Source of the DNA: Rotaria socialis
Taxonomy: Eukaryota
Assembly: GCA_905331295.1 (NCBI GenBank)
Contig: CAJNYD010000017.1
Location: 1 to 64,000 of the forward strand
Direction of reading: 5' to 3'
Length of the DNA stretch: 64,000 nt
Positions 28,287 through 41,966 of the stretch are shown piece by piece. Each line of letters starts with the position of its first letter. Positions within the stretch are counted from its first letter, which is position 1. The notes under the pieces were generated by a model. It saw nothing but the letters and a program-made list of their open reading frames with translations, had not been told where the DNA came from and did not search any database. A program made the translations under genes and the position numbers.

Positions 28287-30746
28287 TTATTCATCTACAT
28301 CAACCATTGTTTGTGTAGAAACTAATCTTCGAAATATTCCATTCCCGATGCTCATTAACTCTGCATAGGTGCCCTGCTCGGCAATGCGTCCTTTATCAAG
28401 TACAGCTATTTGATCAGCTTTAATTATTGTTGATAAACGATGCGCTATGATAATTACAGTTCTATTGACCATGATTTTCTCGAGAGCTTCTTGAACTAAA
28501 TATTCCGATTGAGCATCAAGTGCTGATGTTGCTTCATCCTTTGAATATACACTTTTAACATGGATCTTTGGGAAAATTCTATGAAAAAGTACATACAAGA
28601 ACGAGAATACTCGGATCTCGTAGAATTGCTCGACTTAATGCAACACGTTGTTTTTGTCCACCTAATAAAAATAAAATGCAGCTGTTAGTAAACTTCCACT
28701 AAATTTGGTCACTGTGGGAGTTCTGCCGAAATTTTGATGCACATCAAGTACGAAAAGATATTTTCGACTTTCATGCTCTGCAGGAAATAGAGATTTCCAT
28801 CCTGTACAATTTAGTACTCTCTTTATATCGTATTTCGCAAACGATTGATTCTGTATCTTCCTATTTAAAAAGAAAATTCTAAATCACCTGATAACATTGT
28901 TCCCCTTTCGCCAACTTTCGTTTCATATTTCTCAGGTAATTGTTCAATAAATCCACTTGCATTTGCTGTATTAGCAGCTTGTGTAACTTTATTTCTGAGA
29001 ATAGTTTCCGATAAATTTTCTTCTACACTTGGATGTCCATAGGCAATATTTTCATAGATTGATGAGGAAAACAGGATGGGTTCTTGTGGTACGGTGCCAA
29101 TATTCGAGCGAAGCCATTGAAGTGGCATTTCATTAATAGGAACTTTTCCAATACGTATTTGTCCTGTTTGTGGTTCATAAAAGCGAAGCAATAATTGAGC
29201 TATAGTTGATTTTCCTGAACCAGAACTACCACATATGGCCATTACTCGACCACCAGGCACACGAAGTGTTAAATTATCAAGAACAAGCACATCCGGACGA
29301 GTCGGATAACGAAATGAAATTGCATCTAATGTTATATCACGAAGCATCAACGTCGATGTTAATGGCTCTCCATGAATTGTACGTTGAAGTTGACTTGAAG
29401 CAATCATTTTTTCATTATGATCTTCATTTAAAATTGTCCATACTGCTTGACTAAAAAATACAAAAGAGAAATTCTTTTTCGAATAAAAAAGAACTCTTAG
29501 TTATTCACCTTGCTCCAACACCTCTCATCAATTCAAGATGAAATGAAAATAAACCCGATATAGATACACCAACCTACAAATGAATTCCCTTGTTTCCCCT
29601 TCAATAAAAAGCAAGCATATGTTATTAACGAACCCAAAATGCATATAGCAAAAAGCTTGATAAATCTCCTATAGTTAATGCTTCTTCACTCATTGAAATT
29701 CCACCAAAATAAAAAACACTCAGTACAATTATATTTCCTGATAAACCAGTCATTCCATAAAATAGCCCATAAGCTAATGATTCTTTATATTTCAATTGTA
29801 ATACACTACTAACGCGTTGATTGTATAACTCAACTTCTTGATCTTCTTTCGAAAATGCTTTAACTGAAATAGAACAAACAACTGTAGAACACTTGTCTTT
29901 TTTTCTCTCATTAAACAAACCCGTTCTTATATTTGAGAAACGTTCGTCAGCGACATCGGTTGCTTTCGCAAGTGCATCTTGTACTTTAGCAGATAATCGT
30001 TTAATATATCTTCCGAAAACAATGGCACCAACGGCTAGCGGTGGTACTGTTGTTAGGCCAACTAATGCTAAATGTGGACTTATATAAAACATAAGACCAA
30101 CACCAGCAATCGATTGTGTTAAGGCACGAAGACCATCAGATATATTTTGTGTTACAGCATTCGACATAACTTCAGTATCCGATGATAAACGATTGACAAG
30201 TTCGCCCGTTTTTTGTTTATCAAAAAAAGCCATTTCTTTTCGCAATATACCATTAAACAATTGTTGACGTATACGTTTTATTATGCGTTGTGCTGTTGTT
30301 AAAATTAAATACACACGACCGAAATTAGCTAATGCCCCTACTCCAAATATACCAACGAGAAACCATGTCATCTGTTTTAAACGAGTACGAAGTTCATCGT
30401 GTTTATATGTCTGTAGCATATCAATGATTTTTCCAAGAAAATATGGTACAGACATGGTAACACCACTCGAGATAAATAATAAACCGATAGCACAACCAAT
30501 ACGACCTTTTTCATGTTGTGCTAAACGAAAAAGTTTTCCCAATTCACTATATGTTAATTTTACTTTAGGTTTTTTGGCAGCATCTTTTATTGATGGTGCT
30601 GGACGATCGCCACGTGGGCGAACTTTTGTCAATGAAAATTGACGATTTGGATTGAATTTAAATAATCGACATTGATGAGAATGTATAAGAGAATTAGAAG
30701 GACGAGATAGAAATGATGCAAGAAGCGTTAAACGATGAAATATCAT
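28287..30746 (-). CDS. ABCB10: Mitochondrial ABC half-transporter ABCB10 (MDL1-like)
   Basis: Arg/Ser/Leu-rich presequence [14 protein letters not shown] with [18 protein letters not shown]. Walker [10 protein letters not shown], signature LSGGQKQR (spliced), DEATSALD and IIAHRLST. Confidence 0.92.
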
Positions 30747-30867
30747 CTTTGAAACCAAGATTCATCTAAGGCAAAAAGAAAAGAAAAAGGAGAACACAAT
30801 TTTTTTTGCCTCATGTCTGTCCTAATGATGACTTATATATTAACAAAAACAAAAACAAAAACAGTTT

Positions 30868-31848
30868 TCATGCAATAGTGCCTAACAATTTGCGATTATT
30901 CAAATACTCTAATCTTTTATTAAGGCGATCGTTTAATTCAGGCAATTGAGGTCCATAGAGACCTTCTTTACCAGGTGCGGGTCCTTCTTCAAGACGAATC
31001 ATATAATGAAAGTAACGGTAGTGTATGGCAGTAAAACTATATTTTGGTCGTCGACGTAATCCTTTAACGATTAATGCTTGTTTTATGTACGATTGAGCTG
31101 CAATAAAAAAAAAAGAAAAAACATGTAATAATTGGCAAGTGCTCTATTTGTATCAGACTCTCAAAGAAAAAAATTAAATACTATTCCGAAAGATACTTAC
31201 AGACCCATAAATTAGATTTATATTCGATGTTATGTTCTTTCACAGCCATTTCTTGTGCTTCTATGAGTGTCTATAAAAAAAAAGCAAACAGATAAAAATC
31301 ATGATTCATCATTTATTATTATTTTTACATCGCGCATTTTTATGGCTATTGGTAATTTATGAAACGATAATTGTTTAACAGCTTCATCAACACTCATGCC
31401 ACGTACCTTGAAAAAAAATATATGTTAAGTAGGTCCTTTCTCTTTTTTTTTAAATAAAAAGACTACCATTTGCGCGAGAAACCAATATTTCTTAATATTT
31501 CCTCGTATATACGTTCGACAATGATTAACATACTACAAAAAAAAAGATTGAATCATCGTATGAACAGAATGAACTAAATCTTTCAATATTTACTCCTGCT
31601 CGTGGTTCTTCTCCAGGTGCTGCCGGTGGATAAACAATACGATTATATTTATCCCAATCATCGGGTACACCGAATGGAACAGTAGAATCATCAGTTTTAA
31701 TTGTATCAGCTGGTTGCCAATTGCTACCACGGAAAACTTCAGGTGGTGGTTTACCATGATAGACTGGCGTGAGTGAAAGTGTACGTAACCATGTTATTGT
31801 TGTCGACAAATGATGCCGAGCAAAAAGTTTTTGAAATAAAGAAGTCAT
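30868..31848 (-). CDS. MRPL22: Mitochondrial ribosomal protein L22 (uL22m), multi-exon
   Basis: WDKYNRIVYPP...GEEPRA, HCRTYIRGNIKKYWFLA, VRGMSVDEAVKQL, EAQEMAVKEHNIEYKSNLWV, YRYFHYMIRLEEGPAP; stop 30868. Confidence 0.93.
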
Positions 31849-32552
31849 TACTGCATTATTTTAAATAATGAAATATCAGAATAGAATATATTTATCTACA
31901 AATCAGATCCAGATGTAAATGTATTCAATCTTTTCTTTAGAAAAAAGATTTGTTAACAAAAAATATCATTTTTTTTCTGACTGTGTTAGTCATATCATGA
32001 GCGTAGGCACAGGCGCCTCAACTTTACGATAGTGCATACTATCAATTAAAAAACAAACATATCCATTGTCAATATCATTCTCTTATTGTTCTTTTTGTAA
32101 TCATCAATAATGTCATGCTGTTGCACAGAAAAATTGTTTCTCAAAAAGATAAACATATTCAAGTAAGTTGAATCATACAAAGATGTATAACGTCACTTGA
32201 GATAGTCAACATAGATAAATATCAAAACAACCTCTAAAACAGAACTAAGAAAGACACAAAAAAAATATAGGAGCGAAATGAAACAAGAAAAAAATAAAGA
32301 ATTTGAAACTGAAAAAAAGAGAATGAAATAATAACAACATAGAATCATAGATTCGATAAAGAATAGAAACGATTCTTAATTTTTTGCTAAAATAGAAAAA
32401 AATCTGCTTTAGTTTCATAGTTGATCACGAGAGCTATCAGCTTTTTTTCCTAACAAAACTACTTCTTAGTTGAAATCAACACGACAAACAAAACAAAAAC
32501 CATTAATATATCAAACAGAATTGTGTGATAAATAAATGAAGATTATTCATTT

Positions 32553-33322
32553 TTAATTCAGCCATTCGGAAGGTGGTGGTGGTAGATTTGCTGATGGTGG
32601 AGGCGGTGAACAATTTCCACTTGACGACAAACCTGGTGAATATACATCCGGTACGCATGACGATGAACATGATGATACAGGTGAACGGTGAAAGATCCCA
32701 TGTAAATGATCATCTAAATATTTATTTCTTTGTAAGATAGATTTCAAAGCTTCAACGATAAAAGGATTGTAGTAAACTTAGTCAGTAATATGTCCGCCTT
32801 AGGAAATTGATAGTTTACATGACTTTTCTATAGGAAAATCGACTCTTTCTTTGAACACAGTAGAGGATCGATTCTTTCGTTTTTCAATTCATTCGAATCG
32901 CTATTAATAAATATTCAGTTTTTATAGATGAAAAAGAAAATGCCTTGAAATTGATAGCAAATATCCCGTAATAGATTCAATAGCGATTGTGATAAAGAAC
33001 GGATCAAATAACAAGCCTTTCAATGTCAAGTTTTACCTTTACTAGCTGTTATTAATGAACTTTGAAATGTGCATGGTGCTCGATAAATAGGTAATGCTAA
33101 ATCTTGTTCATTCAAAAAATCATTAGATTTCATACTACTATCATTTATTGTCTGATAATGAATCGAACAATCTCTATTGTTGTAAACTCCAGTCGAGGAA
33201 AAATAATGTTGATTTGCTTTAATCATTTGACGATTATGAAAAATAAATTCTTGATTTTGTTGTTGTCGGCAGTTCATCATCCAATAATGTGAATTATTAG
33301 GATCACGTCTAATTGAATACAT
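32553..33322 (-). CDS. Unknown small spliced protein with Pro/Ser-rich C-terminus; exon structure uncertain
   Basis: ATG 33322 follows a pyrimidine tract and AG. Exon MYSIRRDP...LPIYRAPCTFQSSLITASK has a GT donor. Last exon YYNPFIVEALKSILQ...SPPPPSANLPPPPSEWLN*. Confidence 0.6.
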
Positions 33323-33461
33323 CTTCAAATAATAACAAGAAAAAAAATTATCAAAAGAAAAAGATAGATATAGGCATATGGCGCTCTGCATTTCTTTTTT
33401 GTTTGCTTCCAACTTTATAAAAATATGTATATGAACAAAATTACAAAAGAACTGATTGTCA

Positions 33462-36400
33462 TCACAGGGTCATTAATTCTTCCACAGGTGCTGCACTTGA
33501 CGATGATGGAATTAATGTGGAAATAGCTATGGTAACTGGAACATTTGTTGCAATAGCTGATGCTGTAGACAAAAATGAAGAGGAAAATGGAATAGATGAC
33601 ATAGATGATGATAAATCATTAATATTATTAATCATCATACCACGCAAAGAATCTTGTATATCATTTCGAAATTGTGTTATATTTTGTGTAAAGTGTTCTT
33701 TATTGACTTGCGTTAATGTACGGTCAATACCTGTCATTAATTTATCTAAGGCTGTCGATAGGACAGCTTGCTTGGCTTGTGTATGACCGTATAATAATTG
33801 CTGTTTGATTTCAGTAAAAAATTGGTTCTCATTCAATAATATTAAACCAAGAAGAGGTTTCGATACTGCGTAAATATTTCTGAAAATGAAAGTAAGGATT
33901 AATATTTTAATAGACTAAATCGCTTTCGGAGAGGTTCGATAATCCGAATGAAATTCAAAGTGAATTTCTCATCGTTTTACTCGATAAACTACAGGTTGAC
34001 TGGCAAAACTTATTCATCAATAGGAAAAGGCTTGCTGGCAAAATGATTTTTTTTAAGGATTCGCCCATATGAACAATTACTCATAAAAACAAAAGTGTTT
34101 TTTTGTTGTTGTTGTGGTTGAAAACTTACTTGCATTCTGCAAATATAATACCATTCAGTAAATTAATAAGTATTTGTCGAAATAAATTTCCGTATTCGTT
34201 AACATTGGCCATTAAACTGGCTGGTGCTGTACTTTTTTTCGCTGATCGAAATACATAGGATAAAAATGTATCCAAGAATATGCAACATGAATTTTGTACA
34301 GTTTGATCAGGAGATAGAAATCCTTCACTTATGGTTTCGAGTACATAACCAAACAATGGTGTTCTTAAATTAGCCAGAAAATCACTTTGAACAAGTGATA
34401 AAGTTTCAATTAATGTAAAATAAGCGATTGTTAATTTTGGATAGGATAATAAATGTGCTTGTTTAATAGATGTTAATATTGATAGGAATACTTGTAGGCA
34501 ATTGTCAAAACATGGATCCGAATAAAGATGAAATACACCGAAATTAACATAATTCCCTGAAAAAGAAAATTCTTCACCATTAACAACAGAAACAGATAAA
34601 TCTAAGCTAAGTTTCTTACCAATTAAGCAAGCACGAATTATTCTTAGACATGTTATAATTGGTTTAAGTTTAGCTTTATAAAATAAAACTCCGTCGCTTT
34701 CAGGAATTGTTACATTTACATGTACAATTGTTTTTGTTTGAAAAATGTAAAGTAAATTCGATGTTTCGCGAAATAATAAATAAGCATTTGGTTTCGTTGA
34801 ATCAAATGCTAAACGTTCTTGGCGATTGGAGGTTAGTTCATGGAAAAATTTCAATAATGGATTGTAAACATCTGATCGATCGTAGAATACATAGAGTGCT
34901 TTTAAAAACAAGGGTAAATATGATGGATAAAGCCAATCGAATAATGATGCATAGGCTTGTTTGGATACAAAAGCACTGCATAAACCACGAAGATCACGAA
35001 CAATACCAATAATAAGCGATTGAATTTCATCCAACGAAGCCATTGTTGGGCTAAAAAAGATTAGATTTTTCTATATTCTAAATCTTGATTAAGAAACATT
35101 TGTGCAAGTTCATATTTAGTACTATCGTAAGGTATGCTTTAGCTCACAGAACTCCGCGAAGCGTTTTCTTATAAATCAGTCAGACATCTCTGAGAGCTTC
35201 GATCAATTCTTACTTAAATTGGCCCATTGTTGCAAATTGTGCCACATTAAATGCAGTAAAATCTGGGAATTCTTTAAATATTTGCAGTAATCGATTGCAA
35301 TGATTTGCGAATGGCTTCATAAAAGCTTCGACACGATCGTCATCATCTTCATCGTAACGAAATTCATGCATTAACATGCGCCCAACAGCAGCATAGAATG
35401 TTGTACGAAGACGCGACCAGCTACTAGCGCTGATATTACTATTATTTGAACGTTTCGTTGTTGATGAATGATGAAGAAACGGAAATAATTCTTGAGTATG
35501 ATTATTAATAAAATATTGAATTGGATCTAGTTTAACTAATCTTCGCACACTTTGATAACCTTGTGAAAGATCACTGAAACATCCAACTGTACGTTCGATT
35601 AATTTATCAGTTATGGTTGAATATTGTAAATTTGTAAAAAGTTTCTTTATAAATATCGACAAGAGTTGTTCTTCATCCACAATACCTATAAAATAGACGT
35701 AATAGTGAATGGATTCACATTGTTTTATTTTTTAATTTACTAGTTCGTCCTAATGTTTATATGCGACTAATCGTGATTTATTTCTATGATATCTCAGTAT
35801 TGCCTAAGTGGCATTAGTATGAAATCAGAGTAGACCGACCCGACTAATATGCGATGTTTGGAGCCATAGAACGGAAATAGTAAGCGGTGACATGTGCAAT
35901 CTGCCGCTGATAGAAATATTATTATTCAAGGAAAATTAGTCAGATTGTTCTTTGTTTCTAAATCAACACACTGTGGTGAAGGATTGCTGTGTTGCAGTAT
36001 CAAATTACCAAAAAAAAAACTCTTATCTTTTTTTCTTACCAAGATGTTTGAATAGAACTTGATAGATTTTATTTGATCTACCATGATCTCCAATGTATTG
36101 TCTTCGAAATTGTTCAAAAAAGAAAAGTACAGCTAATTCAAGTCGTTCAGAATAGGGCGTAGAACCAATTTTATCTGTTGTCGTTGTTATCGCTATATTT
36201 ATCCCATTTTTATTATTAGTTTGTGTTTCACCGGCTGTTTTCTGTTGTATATAAGTCATTAATTGTAATACACGCACTACTAATTCGCCATCGAATAAAT
36301 CTTGATCATCAGTGGGTATTGATAATGATGTTAACGTTATTCCGCGTGCACCAATAACACAGCCAAGAACATAAATCAAAAATGTAAAACGTCTTTCAAC

Positions 36401-38650
36401 TGTTTCTGAATTGACGGCCTAAAAGAATTCAACCAAAAAAAAACAAAAATCAAGAAATGTAAAAGTGAAATCTTACTTGTTGATATTGTTGAGCAAGATC
36501 ATCGAAACATGTACATAAAAGTGCACAGGTTTTTTTATAATCTAATCTTGACATAATACTAATCATTTCTAATTGTTGTTGTAATATTGTTTGGTCATTA
36601 TCGAATAATTCCATGTATAAAACATCATCAGTATTAAGCGCATCTAAACGTGATTGCACATAGTAACATACAATTTGTGGTACATAGATATCTAACAGAT
36701 GTGATGTGGACGAATCACTTAATGATGTTGATTCAGATAGTTTTGAACTATGCGAAAGAAACGCAACGATTTTGGACCAAAATGATAGTATATAATGAAG
36801 TGTATTGGGTGATAAATGATATTGACGATGATGATGAACGCTTAGTAAATGATCGATGGTAAAACGAAATAATGTTTCAATAAATAATGGATAATTATCA
36901 ATGCGAATTAATTCGTGTAATTGTGTATTCGATTTTAAACGAGCTATTAAACGACAAAATTCATGGAGGGATTTTTCATCGGCTAGAAGTCCAGCAGCTT
37001 GTTCAAGTATTAATCGAATACCTAAAACATATTGAAATGTAATGCAAGACTGAGATTTTCACTTGTCATATGAAAAAATATTGAACAATGAATGCATTTC
37101 TCGTATGCTCTATTCTTATTAAAAATTCTTTTTCTCGCCAATATTTGGCGCTCTTATGGAAATTACAGGAATAATTATAATTTATAAATAACCGTCAACG
37201 AGAAACAACTATCGTATCGTTGAATCTCGTACAATGTTTATTTTCCGCAGGAAAAATCGTAACAATTCAAATTTCACAGTGATTCATCTTCTTTCTTGAT
37301 AATCAGGAAATGTTTTCAATTATCAAAAGAGTGCATTCACACACTTCCGAAGTAACTAAGCACAATCTCAAAGAAAGTACTGTTCATTCAGAATAAAAGT
37401 CAGACTTTCACACTACAGTAAACCAATTTTTTATGCTGTTGATGTATCTCACAAGACTAATGAAGTATGTAATTTAGCTGGAAAAATTCTCTGCCGGAAT
37501 AATACCGTCTGATGTTAAAAAAAAGACTCGATCGTTGACGTGAATCGTTATTTTTCTCACTCCTAATTTACCATGTGTCATATGATTAAGAACAGCAAGA
37601 CGTTCGTTGGTATTCAATAATGATCGTCGTACACTTGATAATTGAACAAGACATGATATTGCAACAGGTACAAGTGATGTATTCGAGAAAAGAAAATAAT
37701 AAGAAAAAAATAATTGATAGAAACTTCCGTCGACAATATGATCGTGCCAAGCAAGCGGAACTTGCAACGTTTGATTTTCATCTGATATATCAACATCATG
37801 AATACTTGAACCGGTACCTATTTCAACAACGAAAAAAAAATTAAAAATAAATAACTAAAAATTTTATAGTACCGAGATAATCATATGTTAAACATGCCAA
37901 TCCTAATGATAGAAGTTTTTCTACAACTAAATAATAATCTCCTTGTAATTGTACGCTTGTGATTGTCTTAGGATAGTCACTAAATTCAGTTGATAAACCT
38001 AAGGATTTCTTTTGATTGATAATAACATCACGTAAATATTGACAAGCAAATAAATAAATATCCAATAGTTTTGTGTCACGAAATGATATGCAAATTTTTC
38101 GATGCTTACTAAATGCTCGAGCTGATGTTTCTTCATCGTTAGGTATACTTATTTCTGATAGAATCGCAATTAATAATTGTAGAGCAACAGAAAAATGTGG
38201 TGGATCAATTTGAAATTTTAGTAAATCATCTGTAAAAGTTTGAAATGGATAAACTTCATTATTTAAATTCGTTGTATTTGGACTTAAATCGAACCAAGAA
38301 TTTTTAGTTAAGCGTGCATATAATTTAACTAATTCAGCAAGTACAAATGGAGCTAGCGAACGATTATGTTTGTATAAATATTCAAGAATATATTTTCGTA
38401 GTTCAAATCGTTCCGTAAATGAAACTGCAGGTTGATTTGATGTGCGATTAAAATATTTTATTAATGTTGTAGCACCGAAAAATTGTGTATAAGGAGTTAA
38501 TGCACGATCAAGTAATATTCGACATTGCGATAGACAATTCGCTTGACTAACAAAGGTTTCAAGACGTTGAGATACTGAACGTAATTGATCACCAGTAACT
38601 CCACCACCGTATAGTTGACCGCATAGGTGTTCAATCTCGAGAGCTTCCAT
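33462..38650 (-). CDS. XPO7: Exportin-7 / RanBP16-17, multi-exon
   Basis: MEALEIEHLCGQLY, FSKHRKICISFRDTKL, VQLSSVRRSL, HEFCRLIARLKSNTQL, QDLFDGELVVRVLQLM, IGIVRDLRG, GNYVNFGVFHLY, FTQNITQFR. Confidence 0.93.
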
Positions 38651-39257
38651 TCAATGTACAGATCTATAAAAGAAATAGAAGAAAAAAAGGAATCTTTGAA
38701 TTGTCTAATGACAAACTTTTTTGTGTTCGAACGAAATAGAGAAGAGATTGGGTCGTAAGTAGCAAATTTTTAATAGGCCAATAAGAAATGAACTAAAAGT
38801 TAGAAAATAAGAAATAACACTATTTTATTTATTCTTTGTTAATGATCTAGGAAATACACAAAAATATACAAAAAAATTAATCTATAATTGAAATTAGTAG
38901 ATGTCGGTAGTGGTCAGTGATAAAAGTATACCTTCAAGTTGAGTTTGCTGATAACCATGTTGAATATTAATGTGTGAAATTCACTGAATTGAAATTTAAT
39001 ATTTAAAAATCCTTTTTTCATGGAAAAACTAAATCTCTTTCAAAAGTATTCATGTTTTCCAAAGTGCGTATCATATACCAAAATTTGTAAGTTTATGTCA
39101 ATATTTGCTTATTTTTTAGATTGGATTTTTTATGTAACGTACGAAATATGTCGTCTATTGAATTTTCATACTCTTCTGCGATGAAAACTTCTCAATGTCT
39201 TCATATAATATTGTGTAAATCATTACTTCCTTATTGTAAGTAACAAGAAGTGTGGTG

Positions 39258-40652
39258 CAGTGTTTCCAATGGAAATCTAGAACAAAATGTACATGCACAC
39301 TTTGATTATGCATACAAAGCATATGTGTACACTTTGCTTTTAGCGCCAGAGTGTACAAAGTGCACCAAAAGCAAATTTAAAAAAAAGCACAAAATAATGT
39401 TGTTGTTTTTTTCACAAAAAAATATAAACTAATCTTTGATAAATGAATAAATGATATATAGATGTACTATCTAATAATCTGACACGTTCCGTGGCAAAAT
39501 TACAAAAAAAAGATTTTCACAAAAACAAAAGGTTAATATATCTTTTTTTCTAATAGTATGTTTTAAAAATATGAATTATTTTCGTCTTCATCTTAATCAA
39601 GATGCAAAAAGGATGTAGAGAGTTTTGCGGATTCTAAAGTGTGCCCCAAAAAGAATGACCCTCTCCGTATTTCCACGTCAGCTTCTTTATTTTTCAGCTT
39701 TCCGGCTTCAGTTTATGTCCTAAAGATCCACCATCCAATTCTACACAAGACTTGTATCAAAATATTTTCTGAAGAAAGTTGAACAGAAAAGTAAAACAAT
39801 AATACTGAACAAATAGAAAATAACTAACTTTCAAAGCTATTTTGAAAATAAACTTCAGAAGATTTTTTTACAATACTAGAATCAAGAAAACCAAAGCCAA
39901 GAGGCTTTTGAGTACTTTCAAGTTTGCTCTTTTTATCCTGCAGCGCAACGTTGGTTTGAATTAAATTCTAGAATAAGAAATCTGACTTCCTATAGTAGGA
40001 TTCAAAATGTCCAAAACTCACTATTTTTTGCCAAAGGAAGAGAAGAAGTACGTTTAGATTAACTTTCGTCTCTGTATCTGATATAATAGTCACTTTTTGT
40101 CGAAATAAGGAAAATCTGAACCCAAAAGATGTTATTTTGGCTTATTCACGCCTCTTTTTTCAAAAGCTCCGAAACTGCAGTTTGAAACAGATAAATTCTC
40201 ACAAATCTGAAAAATATATTATTGGTGAACGTCACAAGAATGAGCATATTCATTTTCAAATTAGAATCGTTCGATAGAGCTTTTTGAGGGTTACAAAATG
40301 CTTATGTTATTCTATCCTTTTTTTTATCGTTAATAGCTTAATAGAAAAATCGAAAAAAACGGTTTTCAGATTTGAAAGTTGATTCTTGTGTACGTGTTCA
40401 GTATTATTGTTTTCCTTTTTTGCTCAACTTCCTTCAGAAAAGCGTTTCATATACGTCTTATGTAGAATTAAATAGTAGATCTTTTGGAAACAAATTGAAG
40501 CCTAGAAAATCAAAAATGAAAATGTTATCGAGGAAACATTGCGAAGGTCATTCTTTATAGGACACCCGTTAGAATCAAAGTGTAAATTCTTTTAGCAAGA
40601 TGTACACTGTACACTTTGCTTCTGCTGTGTACACCTGCTGTTGGAAACACTA
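39258..40652. mobile_element. hAT-type non-autonomous element with perfect 8-bp TSD
   Basis: TIR CAGTGTTTCCAA / TTGGAAACACTA. TSD GTGTGGTG at 39250-39257 and 40653-40660. TGTACAC subterminal repeats. Confidence 0.88.
39637..40569. mobile_element. Tc1/mariner-like non-autonomous element nested in the hAT element
   Basis: TA flanks on both sides. Degenerate long TIRs: AAGTGTGCCCCAAAAAGAATGACC vs reverse complement ACGGGTGTCCTATAAAGAATGACC. Inner pairing AAAACAATAATACTGAAC / GTTCAGTATTATTGTTTT. Confidence 0.75.
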
Positions 40653-41346
40653 GTGTGGTGTTCGATAATCGTTCAAACCACCGAACCTTAATAAGAATTT
40701 GATGAAATCTAATGATCTATTCATTCAATTGATACTATTATATTTTTTTAAATTTTGTTCATTAGTAATATGACTAAATGAAAATATCACTCGTTCGCAT
40801 CGATGCGCAATTTTGAAATTAAAATAGGGTATAGTAATAAAGATATTTAAGTCTGATGACTGCTTTTATAAGTGTATGTATATTACGATTGTAGTAGAAG
40901 CGTTCTTTTTTCAATACTTTTCTTTCTAACTATTATTAAATTTATTTGCATGCTATTGAATTGAAAGTATAAAGTGTTTAAATAGTTTGTTTGAATAATA
41001 AATATATCCTTCCTACAGACCATACTAAAACGACGCCAATTACTTTCTATGATGTAACATTATTCAGTAGAACTAAAACTCCCATGCATTGAATGGCAAT
41101 GACAACAGTATGCTCTTTATTTTATTATATGCAATTATTAAAGTATATGACATTTTTTTCTTTTGTATTACGTTGAAATTTTAAACAAATGATTAAAGAC
41201 TTTTCATCAAGCACATTTATCAAAAAATAGCTAATTCTTAACAGTTTACATATTTATTTGAACATTAGTGGTAGATACATATATATATATATATATTATA
41301 AACGATTGAATTCGAATATATATGTCGGTGTTATTGAGCATTTCTT

Positions 41347-41966
41347 CTAATAGTTGAAATAAGTCAATGGATCATCTAAATGAAATATTTCTAAACACCG
41401 ACTATAAAGAAATATTCTTCATCTTTACCTTCTGTAAAAATGCAAGTCACCTGGTTACGTGTAACTACTTCATGTAAGGCATAAAAATCATATTTATTTT
41501 GATTTTTACGTTGATGAACTCTAATATGAATAAATAAATTTTCATCAATCGCTATTTTCAAAAAATAATTTGTTCCGTACGCCACTTTTTCTTCGGCATA
41601 TTTAGTTACTCTGTACAATAGTAAAACAAAATGCGTTTTTCAATGTTTATATTCGCTTCAACAGAAATGAAAATTAACCTCCAACTTGAAATGTGTTTTT
41701 CTCTATTTTTTTCTGTAAATTGATGAATTTTATGTTCGTGATGTTTTCTATATAAATCATCGATAGCTGCATATTTTATATTTGGATTTTCACTGAAACG
41801 AATAAAATAAGACACGAACGTTGTCATAAGCATTTGCTCTTACCTGATTTCTTGAATTTCACATGTGGCATTCTAAAAACAAATTTCGAAGTTACTTTAA
41901 ACTACAAACAAGCTCTTGAAAACAAACCATAACAGGGCCCATACTATTACGATGTACATTCGACAT
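41347..41966 (-). CDS. Stefin (type 1 cystatin)-like protein, multi-exon
   Basis: MSNVHRNSMGPVM|NATCEIQEI|...|RVTKYAEEKVAYGTNYFLKIAIDENLFIHIRV...|DDPLTYFNY*. GTNYFxK, HIRV and the terminal DPLTYF are stefin hallmarks. Confidence 0.75.

Noticed and set aside
29864..29920. 19-aa insertion in ABCB10 (and a similar 21-aa one in XPO7 near 34557-34619)
   Set aside because: Ordinary stop-free 3n GT-AG introns; removal restores NIRTVKAF and LIGNYVNF.
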